In this document: positions 9,622 to 19,729 of the stretch, one piece after another
Numbering within the stretch: position 1 is the stretch's first letter
Layout: each line of letters starts with the position of its first letter
Source of the DNA: an uncultured delta proteobacterium
GTDB lineage: Bacteria; Desulfobacterota; Desulfuromonadia; Geobacterales; DSM-12255
Reading direction: 5' to 3'
NCBI GenBank assembly: GCA_963787125.1
Contig: CAWBBV010000012.1
Location: forward strand, 192,001-256,000
DNA: 64,000 nucleotides
Translations under genes and position numbers: made by a program
Notes under the pieces: model-generated
Told to the model about the DNA's origin: nothing
Seen by the model: the letters and a program-made list of their open reading frames with translations, nothing else
The model's database searches: none

Positions 9622-10562
9622 GACAGGGGGATCGGAATTGATGTCAGCAGTTCTTTTAATAGGCCCTCCTTGTCAATCGCTTCGTAACCCGGACGCAGCA
9701 GAAGTCTATGCGCCCCGACAGCAGTGGTCAGTTCCTTGATGTCTTCCGGAAGGACAAAATCCCGTTCAGCAAGGAGCGCATTTGCTTTGGCAGCTTCGGC
9801 CAGATTTATTGCTCCGCGGGTAGATATCCCTGTCAGGATTAGCGGGTGATTCCTGGTCGCCGCAGCAATCCGGTAGATATAGTCAGCCAGTTTTTCCGAG
9901 AGGAAGATGCTGTTCCTGACACACTGTATCCCGGCAGAAATTTCAGCATGGCCTACAAGCGGTTTTATGGAGCGGATATCGTCCCTAATGCTGCCGTAAC
10001 GGATAATCGCTTTTTCGATCTCCTCCGCAGGATACCCCATACCGGTTCTTATCAGGAAGCGATCAAGTTGTGATTCGGGCAGTGGGTATGTGCCAACCTG
10101 CTCGGACGGGTTCTGGGTCGCTATCACCAGAAATGGATCCGGGAGCAGATAGGTTTCACCATCGGCAGTCACCCTCTGCTCTTCCATCGCCTCCAACAGG
10201 GCGCTCTGGGTCTTGGGCATGGCACGATTGATCTCATCTACAAGCAATATGTTATTGAAGATTGGTCCCTTGACAAAACGAAACCTGTTTTCGTGGCGAT
10301 CGAAGATGGTCAGGCCGGTGATGTCAGACGGGAGGAGATCGCTGGTGCACTGCACCCGGCCAAATGTGAGCCCGAGGGATCCGGCAAGCGCAATCGCGAG
10401 AGTAGTTTTACCAAGTCCGGGTATATCCTCAATAAGGATATGACCGCCGGCCAAAAGGGCGATCATGGCAAGTTTAAGTGGTCCTTCCTTGCCAGGGAGG
10501 TGGCTGGTTGACAATTCGCTTATCACCTGTCGCAACTTATGTAATGAGTGGGGGTTGTTCAC
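9618..10562 (-). CDS. moxR: MoxR-family AAA+ ATPase
   Basis: EDIPGLGKT, DEINRA, ATQNP, LPESQLDRF. Confidence 0.95.
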   Translation of the reverse strand: MNNPHSLHKLRQVISELSTSHLPGKEGPLKLAMIALLAGGHILIEDIPGLGKTTLAIALAGSLGLTFGRVQCTSDLLPSDITGLTIFDRHENRFRFVKGPIFNNILLVDEINRAMPKTQSALLEAMEEQRVTADGETYLLPDPFLVIATQNPSEQVGTYPLPESQLDRFLIRTGMGYPAEEIEKAIIRYGSIRDDIRSIKPLVGHAEISAGIQCVRNSIFLSEKLADYIYRIAAATRNHPLILTGISTRGAINLAEAAKANALLAERDFVLPEDIKELTTAVGAHRLLLRPGYEAIDKEGLLKELLTSIPIPLS

Positions 10563-11185
10563 GTGATCTTCCTCTGAACTCTTTCTGAATATTCAGGATA
10601 AAGCGTTTGGAGGCAGTCGTTACAGATACCGTGACTGAATTCAGCTTCAGTATGTTGGCTGATGTACTCTTCGACCTGCTGCCAGTAACCGGCATCATCT
10701 CTTATTTTTTTGCAGGAGGAGCAGATAGGGATAATGCCACTTAAAACCTTGATTTTTGCAAGAGCGTCTTCAAGTTCGACAGTTTTAGCTTTCAGCAGAT
10801 CCTGATGAAGCTTGAGCTGCATATGGTTGTGAACTCTCAATTTAACAAGACCAGGATTGAAGGGTTTGATAATATAGTCGACGGCGCCAAGTTTGAGTCC
10901 GATAGACTCGTCTTCTGACCGATCCAGGGCGGTTATGAATATAACCGGGATATCACAAAGACTTTTACTGTTTTTCAGATAATGGCACACCTTGTAACCA
11001 TCCATGCCCGGCATCATTACGTCGAGAAGGATCAAGTCAGGTTTTAGTTTTTCAGCCTGTTTAAGCGCTTCATTGCCGTCCATGGCAAAAAAAGTCCTGT
11101 AGTCGCCGGAGAGAAGATCGCCAAGAATATGCACATTCTCAGATATATCATCAACAATCAGTATGATCGGTTTTTCTTCAGGCAT
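10559..11185 (-). CDS. response regulator with C-terminal Cys-rich domain
   Basis: REC domain (DD, LDVMMP, KP); tail ICSSCKKIRD...SHGICNDC. Confidence 0.9.
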   Translation of the reverse strand: MPEEKPIILIVDDISENVHILGDLLSGDYRTFFAMDGNEALKQAEKLKPDLILLDVMMPGMDGYKVCHYLKNSKSLCDIPVIFITALDRSEDESIGLKLGAVDYIIKPFNPGLVKLRVHNHMQLKLHQDLLKAKTVELEDALAKIKVLSGIIPICSSCKKIRDDAGYWQQVEEYISQHTEAEFSHGICNDCLQTLYPEYSERVQRKIT

Positions 11186-11408
11186 CCAAATCCCTCATTC
11201 GTAAATAATGCTCTTCTGACTGTGAATACCCTCAGCATTATTTTAATATACCAGAAAATGGCAGATATTGAAGTTACCAAATCAGGGTTAATCTGATTTA
11301 TGGGGAGTAGAACCATTTGAGACTTTTTTACTGTTAGTTGACAGAATATTCTGTTATAAAAACAGTTTGATTGGCTTTCCACAACATCTTATCAAGGACT
11401 ATTTATCC

Positions 11409-12614
11409 ATGCCGATAGCAACTATAGAAGAAGCAGTTGAAGAGATTCGCCAGGGGAAGATGGTCATTCTCGTGGATGATGAAGATCGTGAGAATGAAGG
11501 TGATCTAACCATGGCTGCCGAGATGGTCACACCAGAGGCGATAAACTTTATGGCAAAGTTTGGTCGTGGTCTGATCTGTCTTACCCTTACCCCCGATAAG
11601 TGCGATTCTCTCAGACTTCCGCCAATGGTTTCTGCCAATACCTCTTCTTTTGGAACTGCCTTTACTGTTTCAATCGAAGCCAAAAAAGGGGTTACAACCG
11701 GGATCTCGGCTGCTGACCGGGCACATACGATTCTCACTGCAGTAGCTGCTGACTGCAAAGCAGATGATCTGGCTCGTCCCGGGCATATTTTCCCGCTGCG
11801 AGCACGCAGTGGCGGGGTTCTGGTTCGAACCGGCCAGACTGAAGGCTCTGTTGACCTTGCCAAACTGGCAGGGCTGAAACCTGCCGGGGTCATCTGCGAA
11901 ATCATGAATGATGACGGCACCATGTCGAGAATGCCGGAACTGAGAAAATTTGCAGTTGAGCATGGGTTAAAGATCTGTTCTGTTGCCGACCTTGTTGCCT
12001 ACAGAATGAAGAATGAATCACTCGTACGTCGTGCTGTTGAAGTGCCTATACCGACGATTTACGGCGGAGATTTTACTGCAATAGCTTTTCAGAACGATGT
12101 GGATCAACTTGAGCACCTTGCTCTTATCAAAGGTGATCTCTCAACTGACGAGCCGGTTCTGGTGAGAGTCCATTCAGAATGCATGACTGGTGATGTTTTC
12201 GGCAGCGGCAGATGTGACTGCGGCGAACAGCTTCATAATGCCATGGCAATGGTTGAGCGGGCTGGCCGTGGCGTCATTCTGTATATGCGTCAGGAAGGGC
12301 GAGGCATAGGACTTATCAATAAGTTGAAAGCCTACTCTCTTCAGGATCAGGGGAAAGATACCGTTGAAGCCAATCTTGAGCTCGGCTTTAAGGCTGATCT
12401 GCGTGACTACGGTATCGGCGCTCAAATTCTGGTTAATCTAGGGATTAAAAACATCCGCCTCATGACCAATAATCCGAAAAAAGTAGTCGGGCTTGAAGGG
12501 TACGGCATCAATATAGTTGATCGTATTCCAATCGAGGTTGAACCCACCGCAACGAACCTGAAATACCTGCAGACCAAACGCGAGAAAATGGGCCATCTGC
12601 TGGAAAATTTTTAA
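11409..12614 (+). CDS. ribBA: bifunctional DHBP synthase / GTP cyclohydrolase II
   Basis: [32 protein letters not shown]. Confidence 0.98.
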   Translation: MPIATIEEAVEEIRQGKMVILVDDEDRENEGDLTMAAEMVTPEAINFMAKFGRGLICLTLTPDKCDSLRLPPMVSANTSSFGTAFTVSIEAKKGVTTGISAADRAHTILTAVAADCKADDLARPGHIFPLRARSGGVLVRTGQTEGSVDLAKLAGLKPAGVICEIMNDDGTMSRMPELRKFAVEHGLKICSVADLVAYRMKNESLVRRAVEVPIPTIYGGDFTAIAFQNDVDQLEHLALIKGDLSTDEPVLVRVHSECMTGDVFGSGRCDCGEQLHNAMAMVERAGRGVILYMRQEGRGIGLINKLKAYSLQDQGKDTVEANLELGFKADLRDYGIGAQILVNLGIKNIRLMTNNPKKVVGLEGYGINIVDRIPIEVEPTATNLKYLQTKREKMGHLLENF

Positions 12615-12644
12615 AACTTATTATTAAGTAATTTGGAGGTTGTC

Positions 12645-13112
12645 ATGCCTAATTTTATTGAAGGGAAACTGGATGCCAAGGGGCTTTCGTTCGGCATAAT
12701 AGTCGCTCGTTTTAACAGCTTCATTGGTGAACGACTGCTTGAAGGTGCACTGGATGCGCTTATTCGCCACGGTGCTGCTGATAAGCAAATTGACGTGCTT
12801 CGAATTCCTGGAGCATTTGAGATCCCGCTTGCCGCAAGTAAAATGGCTGCCCGGAAGAAATACGATGCCATTATCTGCCTCGGTGCGGTTATTCGCGGTT
12901 CAACACCTCATTTTGACTATGTTGCCTCCGAGGTCTCCAAAGGTGTGGCACACGTCTCCCTTGACAGCGGCGTGCCGGTGATATTCGGGGTGCTCACCAC
13001 CGACACTATCGAGCAGGCAGTTGAGCGGGCCGGCACAAAAGCAGGTAACAAAGGTTTTGATGCGGCTGTTACTGCAATTGAGACGGTAAATGTTTTTAAG
13101 GAGCTTGTCTAG
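12645..13112 (+). CDS. ribH: 6,7-dimethyl-8-ribityllumazine synthase
   Basis: [22 protein letters not shown]. Confidence 0.98.
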   Translation: MPNFIEGKLDAKGLSFGIIVARFNSFIGERLLEGALDALIRHGAADKQIDVLRIPGAFEIPLAASKMAARKKYDAIICLGAVIRGSTPHFDYVASEVSKGVAHVSLDSGVPVIFGVLTTDTIEQAVERAGTKAGNKGFDAAVTAIETVNVFKELV

Positions 13113-13525
13113 TGGGGGTTAGAAGAGAAGGTCGTGAAAACGCAGTTCAGGCTCTCTACGCGATTGAACTAAGCCCTTCTCAGCCGAGAGAAGCAATACA
13201 CTTATTCTGGGAATCCAATCACTTTAAGCCGGCTGCCAAGGCTTTTGCCGCTGAACTTCTAAATGGAATTCTTGACAAGAGTGCAGAGCTCGATACACAG
13301 ATCAGTGCCAAGTCACCGAACTGGTCTATTTCGCGGATGTCGAAGATAGACCTGGCAATCATCCGGCTTGCTGCTTATGAACTCATTTACCGCAAAGATA
13401 TCCCTAAAAATGTCACGATCAATGAAGCAATCGAAATCGCCAAGAAATTCGGCAGTGAAGAGACGCCAGCTTTTGTTAACGGGATACTTGATGAAATTGC
13501 CAAGAGTCTGCCGGAAATCAAGTAA
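13112..13525 (+). CDS. nusB: transcription antitermination factor NusB
   Basis: RREGRE, INEAIEIAKKFG, FVNGILD. Confidence 0.97.
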   Translation: MGVRREGRENAVQALYAIELSPSQPREAIHLFWESNHFKPAAKAFAAELLNGILDKSAELDTQISAKSPNWSISRMSKIDLAIIRLAAYELIYRKDIPKNVTINEAIEIAKKFGSEETPAFVNGILDEIAKSLPEIK

Positions 13526-13538
13526 ATATTTCAATTAA

Positions 13539-14858
13539 ATGAGAGAGATCATGAAAGATATTTATGTTGGGCTTATTGGTTTTGGCACCGTTGGAACAGG
13601 CGTTGTCAGGCTCTTGACTGATAATGCCGGGTTGATATCTGACAAGCTTGGCGCCAGACTGATTCTTAAAAAGATCGCTGATCTGGATACGTCCACTGAC
13701 CGTGGTGTTAAACTGCTTCCCGGGGTACTGACACCTGATGTGAAGGAAATTATCAATGACCCTGAAATCAGCATAGTCATTGAACTGATCGGCGGCTATG
13801 AGCCGGCAAAAAGTTTTGTTCTGCAGGCAATTGCCGCCGGCAAGCATGTTGTTACCGCTAACAAGGCGCTGCTTGCCCTCCATGGCGATCAAATCTATGC
13901 CGCTGCGGCAGTTGCCGGGGTTGAAGTCCTTTACGAAGCTGCTGTCGGTGGCGGGATACCGGTTCTGGCTGCTATCAAGGGTAATATGGCGGCAAACCGC
14001 TTCAACACTATTCTTGGTATTCTCAATGGCACCTGTAACTACATACTTACCAAAATGACCAAGGAAGGTCTCGATTTTAAGGATGTCCTGAAAAGCGCCC
14101 AGGATCTTGGTTACGCAGAGGCTGACCCAACATTCGATATTGAAGGGATTGACACTGCCCACAAGCTTTCCCTGTTGCTGTCACTCTGTTTTGGTACAAA
14201 AGTACAGTTTGATCAGATTTATACTGAAGGCATAACCTCAATTTCCGCTATAGATATAAGTTTTGCCCAGCAGTTCGGTTACAGGATCAAGTTGCTTGCT
14301 ATAGGCAAGCGTGACGGTGACCGGATCGAGGCTAGAGTTCATCCGACCATGATCCCGGTGCACTACCCAATGGCTGATGTTGACGGTGCTTTTAATGCCA
14401 TCAGGCTTACCGGAGACTTTGTCGGTCCGGTCATGTTTTATGGTCGCGGTGCCGGCATGGAGCCGACTGCCAGTGCTGTCGTCGGCGATCTGATGGATAT
14501 ATCCAGAAATATACTGGCCGGGGTCGGGCAGAGGGTTTCAGCCCGCGGTTTTCTTGACAGCAGCATCACCTCACTCGCTATCAAACCGATTGGCGAGAGT
14601 GTCAGTCGCTATTATCTTCGTTTCAGCGCAGTCGACAAACCCGGTGTACTGGCAACAATTGCCGGAGCACTGGGGAAATACAATATCAGTATAGAGTCGA
14701 TGATTCAGACTGGCCGCAGCGGTGATTATGTGCCGATTGTCATCATTACCCATGAAGCCGCAGAGAGCGACATTCAGGCCGCACTTGCTGAAATCGACGC
14801 TCTTGAGATGATTCGTGAAAGCAGTAACCTGATCAGAATTGAAGATAATCTGGAGTAA
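13539..14858 (+). CDS. hom: homoserine dehydrogenase
   Basis: GFGTVG, EAAVGGGIP, GYAEADPTFD, C-terminal ACT domain. Confidence 0.97.
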   Translation: MREIMKDIYVGLIGFGTVGTGVVRLLTDNAGLISDKLGARLILKKIADLDTSTDRGVKLLPGVLTPDVKEIINDPEISIVIELIGGYEPAKSFVLQAIAAGKHVVTANKALLALHGDQIYAAAAVAGVEVLYEAAVGGGIPVLAAIKGNMAANRFNTILGILNGTCNYILTKMTKEGLDFKDVLKSAQDLGYAEADPTFDIEGIDTAHKLSLLLSLCFGTKVQFDQIYTEGITSISAIDISFAQQFGYRIKLLAIGKRDGDRIEARVHPTMIPVHYPMADVDGAFNAIRLTGDFVGPVMFYGRGAGMEPTASAVVGDLMDISRNILAGVGQRVSARGFLDSSITSLAIKPIGESVSRYYLRFSAVDKPGVLATIAGALGKYNISIESMIQTGRSGDYVPIVIITHEAAESDIQAALAEIDALEMIRESSNLIRIEDNLE

Positions 14859-14863
14859 TTTAG

Positions 14864-15979
14864 GTGTCTTGGCAGATAGAACAATTCCTCCGAAGCGGTA
14901 CGGCATCTATTCTGGACTCTCTTGGTGATGCTGTCAGCATTCAGAGTCTCGATCTGAAGGTTATCTATCAGAACAAACGGCACATTGACCTTATGGGTGA
15001 CCAAAAAGGGAAATTCTGCTACATAGGTTACCATAAGCGTGACACTGTCTGCCCTGAGTGCCATCTACAAAAAGCTTTCAGAGAGGGCCGCTCAAACCGC
15101 ATAATTACCTCCTCGCAACACTCCAGAAGAGGTCTAATTCACGTCGAAATCATCTCCTCTCCCCTTCTTGATGATGACGGTAACATAGTTGCCGGTATTG
15201 AAGTAGTACGTGATGTTACCGAGCGTAAACTGCTGGATGACAGATACAATGCAATCACCTGCGACCTTGAAAAGAAAACCTGGAAATTGATGGCTGCCAA
15301 TAAGGAGCTTGAAGCTTTTAGTTACACCCTCTCCCACGACATGAAAAACTACCTTGCCAGAATAGCAGTTGCCGCCGATGCCTTAACACACGGGGCAGCC
15401 GATTCGATTGACGAAAACAGTCATTTTCTGATCGCCAGCATTGCTGAATCCTGCACGGCCCTGGAAGAGATGCTGGAGGCGATCCTGCGCCTCTCGGCAA
15501 CCGGCCAGAATGGAGTGATTCAGCAGGAAGCTGTCGACCTTGGGGTTCTGGCTGAAGAGATTGCCATGGAACTCAGATCTCAGTATCCAGAGCACCCTGT
15601 TAACTTGACGCTGGGTGAGTCGCTGCTCACAAGGGGTGACGCGCAACTCCTTAAGGTAATGTTGCGCAATCTTCTGGGGAATGCCTGGAAATACACTCAA
15701 CTAATTTCTTCCGTCAAAATCTCCTTCACCATTGAAGAGTATGATGGCAAAAAAGTCTTTGTTCTGAGGGACAACGGCGCCGGATTTGACATGAAAGAGT
15801 CTGGTCGTCTTTTTAAGCCGTTCAGCAGGTTGAGTGGCTCGGAAAAGATCGCCGGCACAGGAATCGGTCTTGCCACTGTCAGGAGGATTGTCCTTTGCCA
15901 CGGTGGTGAAATATGGGCAGAAGGAACACCGGGCAAAGGTGCTACCTTTTACTTCGCGCTGCCTGTTCTCCCCGAATAA
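14864..15979 (+). CDS. PAS sensor histidine kinase
   Basis: PAS domain, HisKA (FSYTLSHDMK), HATPase (NAWKYT, DNGAGF, GTGIGL). Confidence 0.92.
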   Translation: MSWQIEQFLRSGTASILDSLGDAVSIQSLDLKVIYQNKRHIDLMGDQKGKFCYIGYHKRDTVCPECHLQKAFREGRSNRIITSSQHSRRGLIHVEIISSPLLDDDGNIVAGIEVVRDVTERKLLDDRYNAITCDLEKKTWKLMAANKELEAFSYTLSHDMKNYLARIAVAADALTHGAADSIDENSHFLIASIAESCTALEEMLEAILRLSATGQNGVIQQEAVDLGVLAEEIAMELRSQYPEHPVNLTLGESLLTRGDAQLLKVMLRNLLGNAWKYTQLISSVKISFTIEEYDGKKVFVLRDNGAGFDMKESGRLFKPFSRLSGSEKIAGTGIGLATVRRIVLCHGGEIWAEGTPGKGATFYFALPVLPE

Positions 15980-16616
15980 GCTCTGCGAAGGTATGTACAG
16001 ACTGGAAGCGAGCTGATGGTTTTGGTAACAATGACGAACTTGAACTGCTGACAAAGATCAGAAAACGGATGCCGAACGCAGATGCAGTGTCAAGATTTGT
16101 CTCACTGTCTTCCCCAAGCAGTGTTCTTGACGGTTCATAAGGGATTCTCTTTTGTAACTCTCCCCAGAATGCAACATCTTCTTTGGGTAACCCCAGTTCG
16201 TGAGCTGAGATAATCGTGTCAAAATAGGGACCCAAGCTGGTCTTTTTCATTTTGAGCGATAAAGTTTTACCATGGGCGTTCGTCACAAGGTGCACGCCTT
16301 TGCCCTTTCTGCGCAAAAATTCCAGAAACTCAATCACATCAGGATGAATGGCAATCAGGTGATCAATTTCGTTTTTAAGCAACGGAATATCAAGCCCGAG
16401 TTGCTCTGACCAGTAGTCTAAATCTGTCCAGTTAAGACTGTTTTCCTGCGACTTAAACATGGCGTAAAGCTCCACCTTGGCAGTTTCAAGAGAAATCACG
16501 TTCTTTGCAGCGTAACGTTTTGGCACATGTTCCAGCCAGAAATGGTCGTCAAAATGACGATCCAGGAGCGTGCCATCCATGTCTAATAAGACCGTGTCTA
16601 CTTCGTTCCAGTTCAT
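15942..16616 (-). CDS. HAD hydrolase, GMP/IMP nucleotidase YrfG-like
   Basis: DMDGTLLD, LVTNAH, GLPKED. Confidence 0.88.
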   Translation of the reverse strand: MNWNEVDTVLLDMDGTLLDRHFDDHFWLEHVPKRYAAKNVISLETAKVELYAMFKSQENSLNWTDLDYWSEQLGLDIPLLKNEIDHLIAIHPDVIEFLEFLRRKGKGVHLVTNAHGKTLSLKMKKTSLGPYFDTIISAHELGLPKEDVAFWGELQKRIPYEPSRTLLGEDSETNLDTASAFGIRFLIFVSSSSSSLLPKPSARFQSVHTFAELIRGEQAARSKR

Positions 16617-16630
16617 AGGTGTTTATCTCC

Positions 16631-16668
16631 AAAAAAATGGGGAGTGTCTAGAAGACACTCCCCATTTT
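16631..16668. terminator. intrinsic terminator after cytochrome gene
   Basis: AAAATGGGGAGTGTCT / AGACACTCCCCATTTT inverted repeat. Confidence 0.85.
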
Positions 16669-16688
16669 AACGCATACAGATTAATACA

Positions 16689-17591
16689 CTACTTTTTCTT
16701 GTGTGCAGCTGGTTTCTTGGCAGTGTCCGCAGCTGGCGCTGAAGAAGTTGGTGCAGCTGATGGAGCTGTAGTCCAATTGTTCAGGTCGTGAGCAATACCG
16801 TGGCAATCGCCGCATTTCGGGAATTTGCTCATGATGCCGGCGGCATGAGGAACACCGTGGCAATCCTGACATTTAGGGATCATCTTGTGTTTTTCCTGGT
16901 GACAGGTTACGCAGAGCAGTGCCTTATGCTTTGCTTTGCTGGCGACAAGCATGTTGAACGCTTTTGCGTGACAGGCGGCGCACTGTTTGGACGGTGTGTC
17001 AGCTGCGTAGGCAACAGCTTTAGGCATATGAGCTTTGTGGCATTTCTTGCAATCGCCAGGGCCCTGATCGGCAGCATGAGCCTTGTGGCACTGGGTACAC
17101 TGCGGGATTTTGCCATGAACGTCGTGGCAGAAAGAACAGTTAAGTTTGCTGTGCTTGCTCGGACTAGCCTTGAGTTGGGCAATCTGAGGGGAGTGACAGG
17201 TCAGACAAGGATCAGTCACGTCACGACCAAAGACGATCTCTTTTGGCTGGTGAGGATTCCTGTGGCACTGGAGGCAGCCACCAAGTTTGAAGTGAGGTTT
17301 ACCTTCATGGCACTGACCGCAGAGCGGGATGATCTTCTTGTTTGTCGGCGGGTGACCGTTGTGACAGTCTTGACAAGTTACCTTGGTCTTGTGCGCCTTG
17401 CCCTTTGCCTCAATGTCTGCTGGGGGTTTAGCGTGGCATTTGACGCAGTCGGCACTGGTCAGTGATACTGACGACTTGGTTGTAGCTGCAGGAGCTGCCT
17501 GCGGTGCGGCCGGTTTTACTGCAGGTTCGGCTGCAACTGCTACAGAAGCGAGCAGTAACAGTGCGGATGCAAGTGAAACGATTCTTTTCAT
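16689..17591 (-). CDS. periplasmic dodecaheme c-type cytochrome
   Basis: Signal peptide and 12 CxxCH motifs; Ala/Pro/Lys-rich termini. Confidence 0.95.
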   Translation of the reverse strand: MKRIVSLASALLLLASVAVAAEPAVKPAAPQAAPAATTKSSVSLTSADCVKCHAKPPADIEAKGKAHKTKVTCQDCHNGHPPTNKKIIPLCGQCHEGKPHFKLGGCLQCHRNPHQPKEIVFGRDVTDPCLTCHSPQIAQLKASPSKHSKLNCSFCHDVHGKIPQCTQCHKAHAADQGPGDCKKCHKAHMPKAVAYAADTPSKQCAACHAKAFNMLVASKAKHKALLCVTCHQEKHKMIPKCQDCHGVPHAAGIMSKFPKCGDCHGIAHDLNNWTTAPSAAPTSSAPAADTAKKPAAHKKK

Positions 17592-17692
17592 TCTTCCTCC
17601 CGTGTTATGGTGATAATCGCCAGAAATGGCAATACTTCCTTAAAATGCAATACCAAATAGATAGTTGCTTGAGCTGTAAACGAATGCAAGAT

Positions 17693-19078
17693 CTAAATCG
17701 CATTTTTCTCAACGAAATCCCTGAGTGTTGAAAGTTCTGCTGTCATGGTTTCGCAACGCGATTGCAAAGACTCAAGACCGTTTAGTCCAGGCGGCAGTTC
17801 AGGCTCTATTCCTGTTGCCAGCTTTACCGCTTCACCAAATTTAGCCGGATGAGCAGTAGCCAGGCAGACCATTTCACAACCGCTAATCCCTGAGTTCAGC
17901 GCTGCTCTGACACCAACAGCTGTATGCGGGTCAAGAAGGTAGTCATAATTTTGTTTAAAATCAGAGATTGTTTGTAGCGTTTCCACCCTATTAACAGAAC
18001 AGGAGTTGAAATCCTGATGGACACGTTGAAGCTCTTCTTTTGAAAACTCCATCTTTCCCGTAGTCGCAAATGATGTCAGTGCCGAGTTAACTCTGGATGG
18101 ATTCTCATCAAAAAGGTAGAAAAGGTAACGTTCAAAATTTGAAGCGACCTGAATATCCATTGAAGGAGAAAGAGTCGCAACAACCTTGTCGGTCGAGTAA
18201 TCACCAGCGTTGATCATACGCGTCAGGATGTTATTTTCGTTTGTGGCAAGGATAAGTTTATTAAGCGGCAGACCGATCCGTTTGGCTACATAGCCTGCGA
18301 AAATATCACCAAAATTGCCGGTAGGAACGGAAAAAACAACATTCCTGGTGCCGTTGGCGGTAACTTTAAGCCAGGCGTAGAAGTAGTAGACGACCTGTGC
18401 CAGCACCCGTGCCCAGTTGATGGAGTTGACCGCGCCCAGTGAGTGTTTTTGCTTGAAAGGGATGTCGCTGAAAAGAGCTTTGACAATATTCTGGCAATCA
18501 TCGAAAGTGCCGTTTACCGCTATATTGTAAACATTGGCATCAGTCACCGTTGTCATCTGCAAAGCCTGAGTTTTTGAAGTTCTGCCGTGAGGGTGAAGGA
18601 TAAAAATGTTAATGTTCTCTTTACCACGTACTCCGTAAATAGCTGCGCTACCGGTATCTCCAGAAGTTGCGCCAACGATGTTCATCTTCTCGCCACGCTC
18701 TTTAAGCAGATACTCAAAGATGTTGCCAAGCAGTTGCAGGGCAACGTCCTTGAAAGCAAAGGTCGGGCCGTGAAAGAGCTCCAGTATATGGATGCCGTTT
18801 TTGTGAATCAGCGGGGTGATTTCGGGATGCTTGAAGGACAAATATGAACGGTCAATGAGCAGTTTAAGATCTGCGGCAGGTATGTCGTCGGCAAACGGAG
18901 CAATAATATTGAATGCCAACTCCTGATAGGTCAAGGAGCGCCATGATTCAATGGTTTCAACTGAGAACAGCGGGAAGCTTTCCGGCAGCAGCAGTCCACC
19001 GTCAGTAGCGAGTCCCATCATTACCGCATCCTTGAATCCTATAGGCTCTATACCGCCGCGTGTACTGATGTAATTCAT
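17693..19078 (-). CDS. thrC: threonine synthase
   Basis: ELFHGPTFAFKD, ATSGDTG, NSINWAR, PTGNFGD. Confidence 0.97.
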   Translation of the reverse strand: MNYISTRGGIEPIGFKDAVMMGLATDGGLLLPESFPLFSVETIESWRSLTYQELAFNIIAPFADDIPAADLKLLIDRSYLSFKHPEITPLIHKNGIHILELFHGPTFAFKDVALQLLGNIFEYLLKERGEKMNIVGATSGDTGSAAIYGVRGKENINIFILHPHGRTSKTQALQMTTVTDANVYNIAVNGTFDDCQNIVKALFSDIPFKQKHSLGAVNSINWARVLAQVVYYFYAWLKVTANGTRNVVFSVPTGNFGDIFAGYVAKRIGLPLNKLILATNENNILTRMINAGDYSTDKVVATLSPSMDIQVASNFERYLFYLFDENPSRVNSALTSFATTGKMEFSKEELQRVHQDFNSCSVNRVETLQTISDFKQNYDYLLDPHTAVGVRAALNSGISGCEMVCLATAHPAKFGEAVKLATGIEPELPPGLNGLESLQSRCETMTAELSTLRDFVEKNAI

Positions 19079-19689
19079 GAAATTAGCACCCTTCTTCCCT
19101 CGACTTGCAGTCTTCCTTGAGCAAAGAGCTGGATTGCTGCCGGGTATAGCTTATGTTCTTCCAGATGAATCCTTTGTGACAGTGTTGCTTCGGTATCATT
19201 TTCAAGGACAGGGACAACTGCTTGAAGAATGATCGGGCCTGTATCTGTACCGGCGTCGACAAAATGAACGGTGCAGCCGGAAAGTTTTACGCCATATTCC
19301 AGAGCCTGCTTCTGGGCATCTAGACCAGGAAAAGCCGGGAGAAGCGCCGGATGGATGTTCATGACCCTGTTTGGAAATGCACCCAGAAGAACAGGTGTGA
19401 CAATGCGCATAAAACCGGCAAGGATTACCAGATCTACATTGTGTGCCTGCAGATTTTCGACAACTGCCGCATCATATTCGCTCCGGCCTGAAAATGAGCG
19501 ATGATCCATATACAGCGCTGCTATGCCCTGCTTCCTGGCGCGTTCCAGACCAAAAGCATCTGCCTTGTTACTAATAACACAAACTACCTCAGCCTGGAGT
19601 TCTCCCGTTGCAACAAGGTCAAGAATAGCCTGAAGGTTTGTGCCGTTGCCTGAGATAAGCACACCAAGTCTGGTTTTAGATCTGTTCAT
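19075..19689 (-). CDS. purN: phosphoribosylglycinamide formyltransferase
   Basis: SGNGTNLQA, NIHPALLP, GCTVHFVD. Confidence 0.97.
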   Translation of the reverse strand: MNRSKTRLGVLISGNGTNLQAILDLVATGELQAEVVCVISNKADAFGLERARKQGIAALYMDHRSFSGRSEYDAAVVENLQAHNVDLVILAGFMRIVTPVLLGAFPNRVMNIHPALLPAFPGLDAQKQALEYGVKLSGCTVHFVDAGTDTGPIILQAVVPVLENDTEATLSQRIHLEEHKLYPAAIQLFAQGRLQVEGRRVLIS

Positions 19690-19729
19690 TATTCACCGTT
19701 GAGTTAATAAAGGGAAACAGGTTTAGATA

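Noticed and set aside
11186..11408. FMN riboswitch before ribBA
   Set aside because: No AGGGCGGGG / AATTCCCGACC-type conserved segments seen
15049..15064. CPECH heme-binding motif in the kinase
   Set aside because: Lies in a cytoplasmic PAS region with no export signal; more likely a Cys metal site
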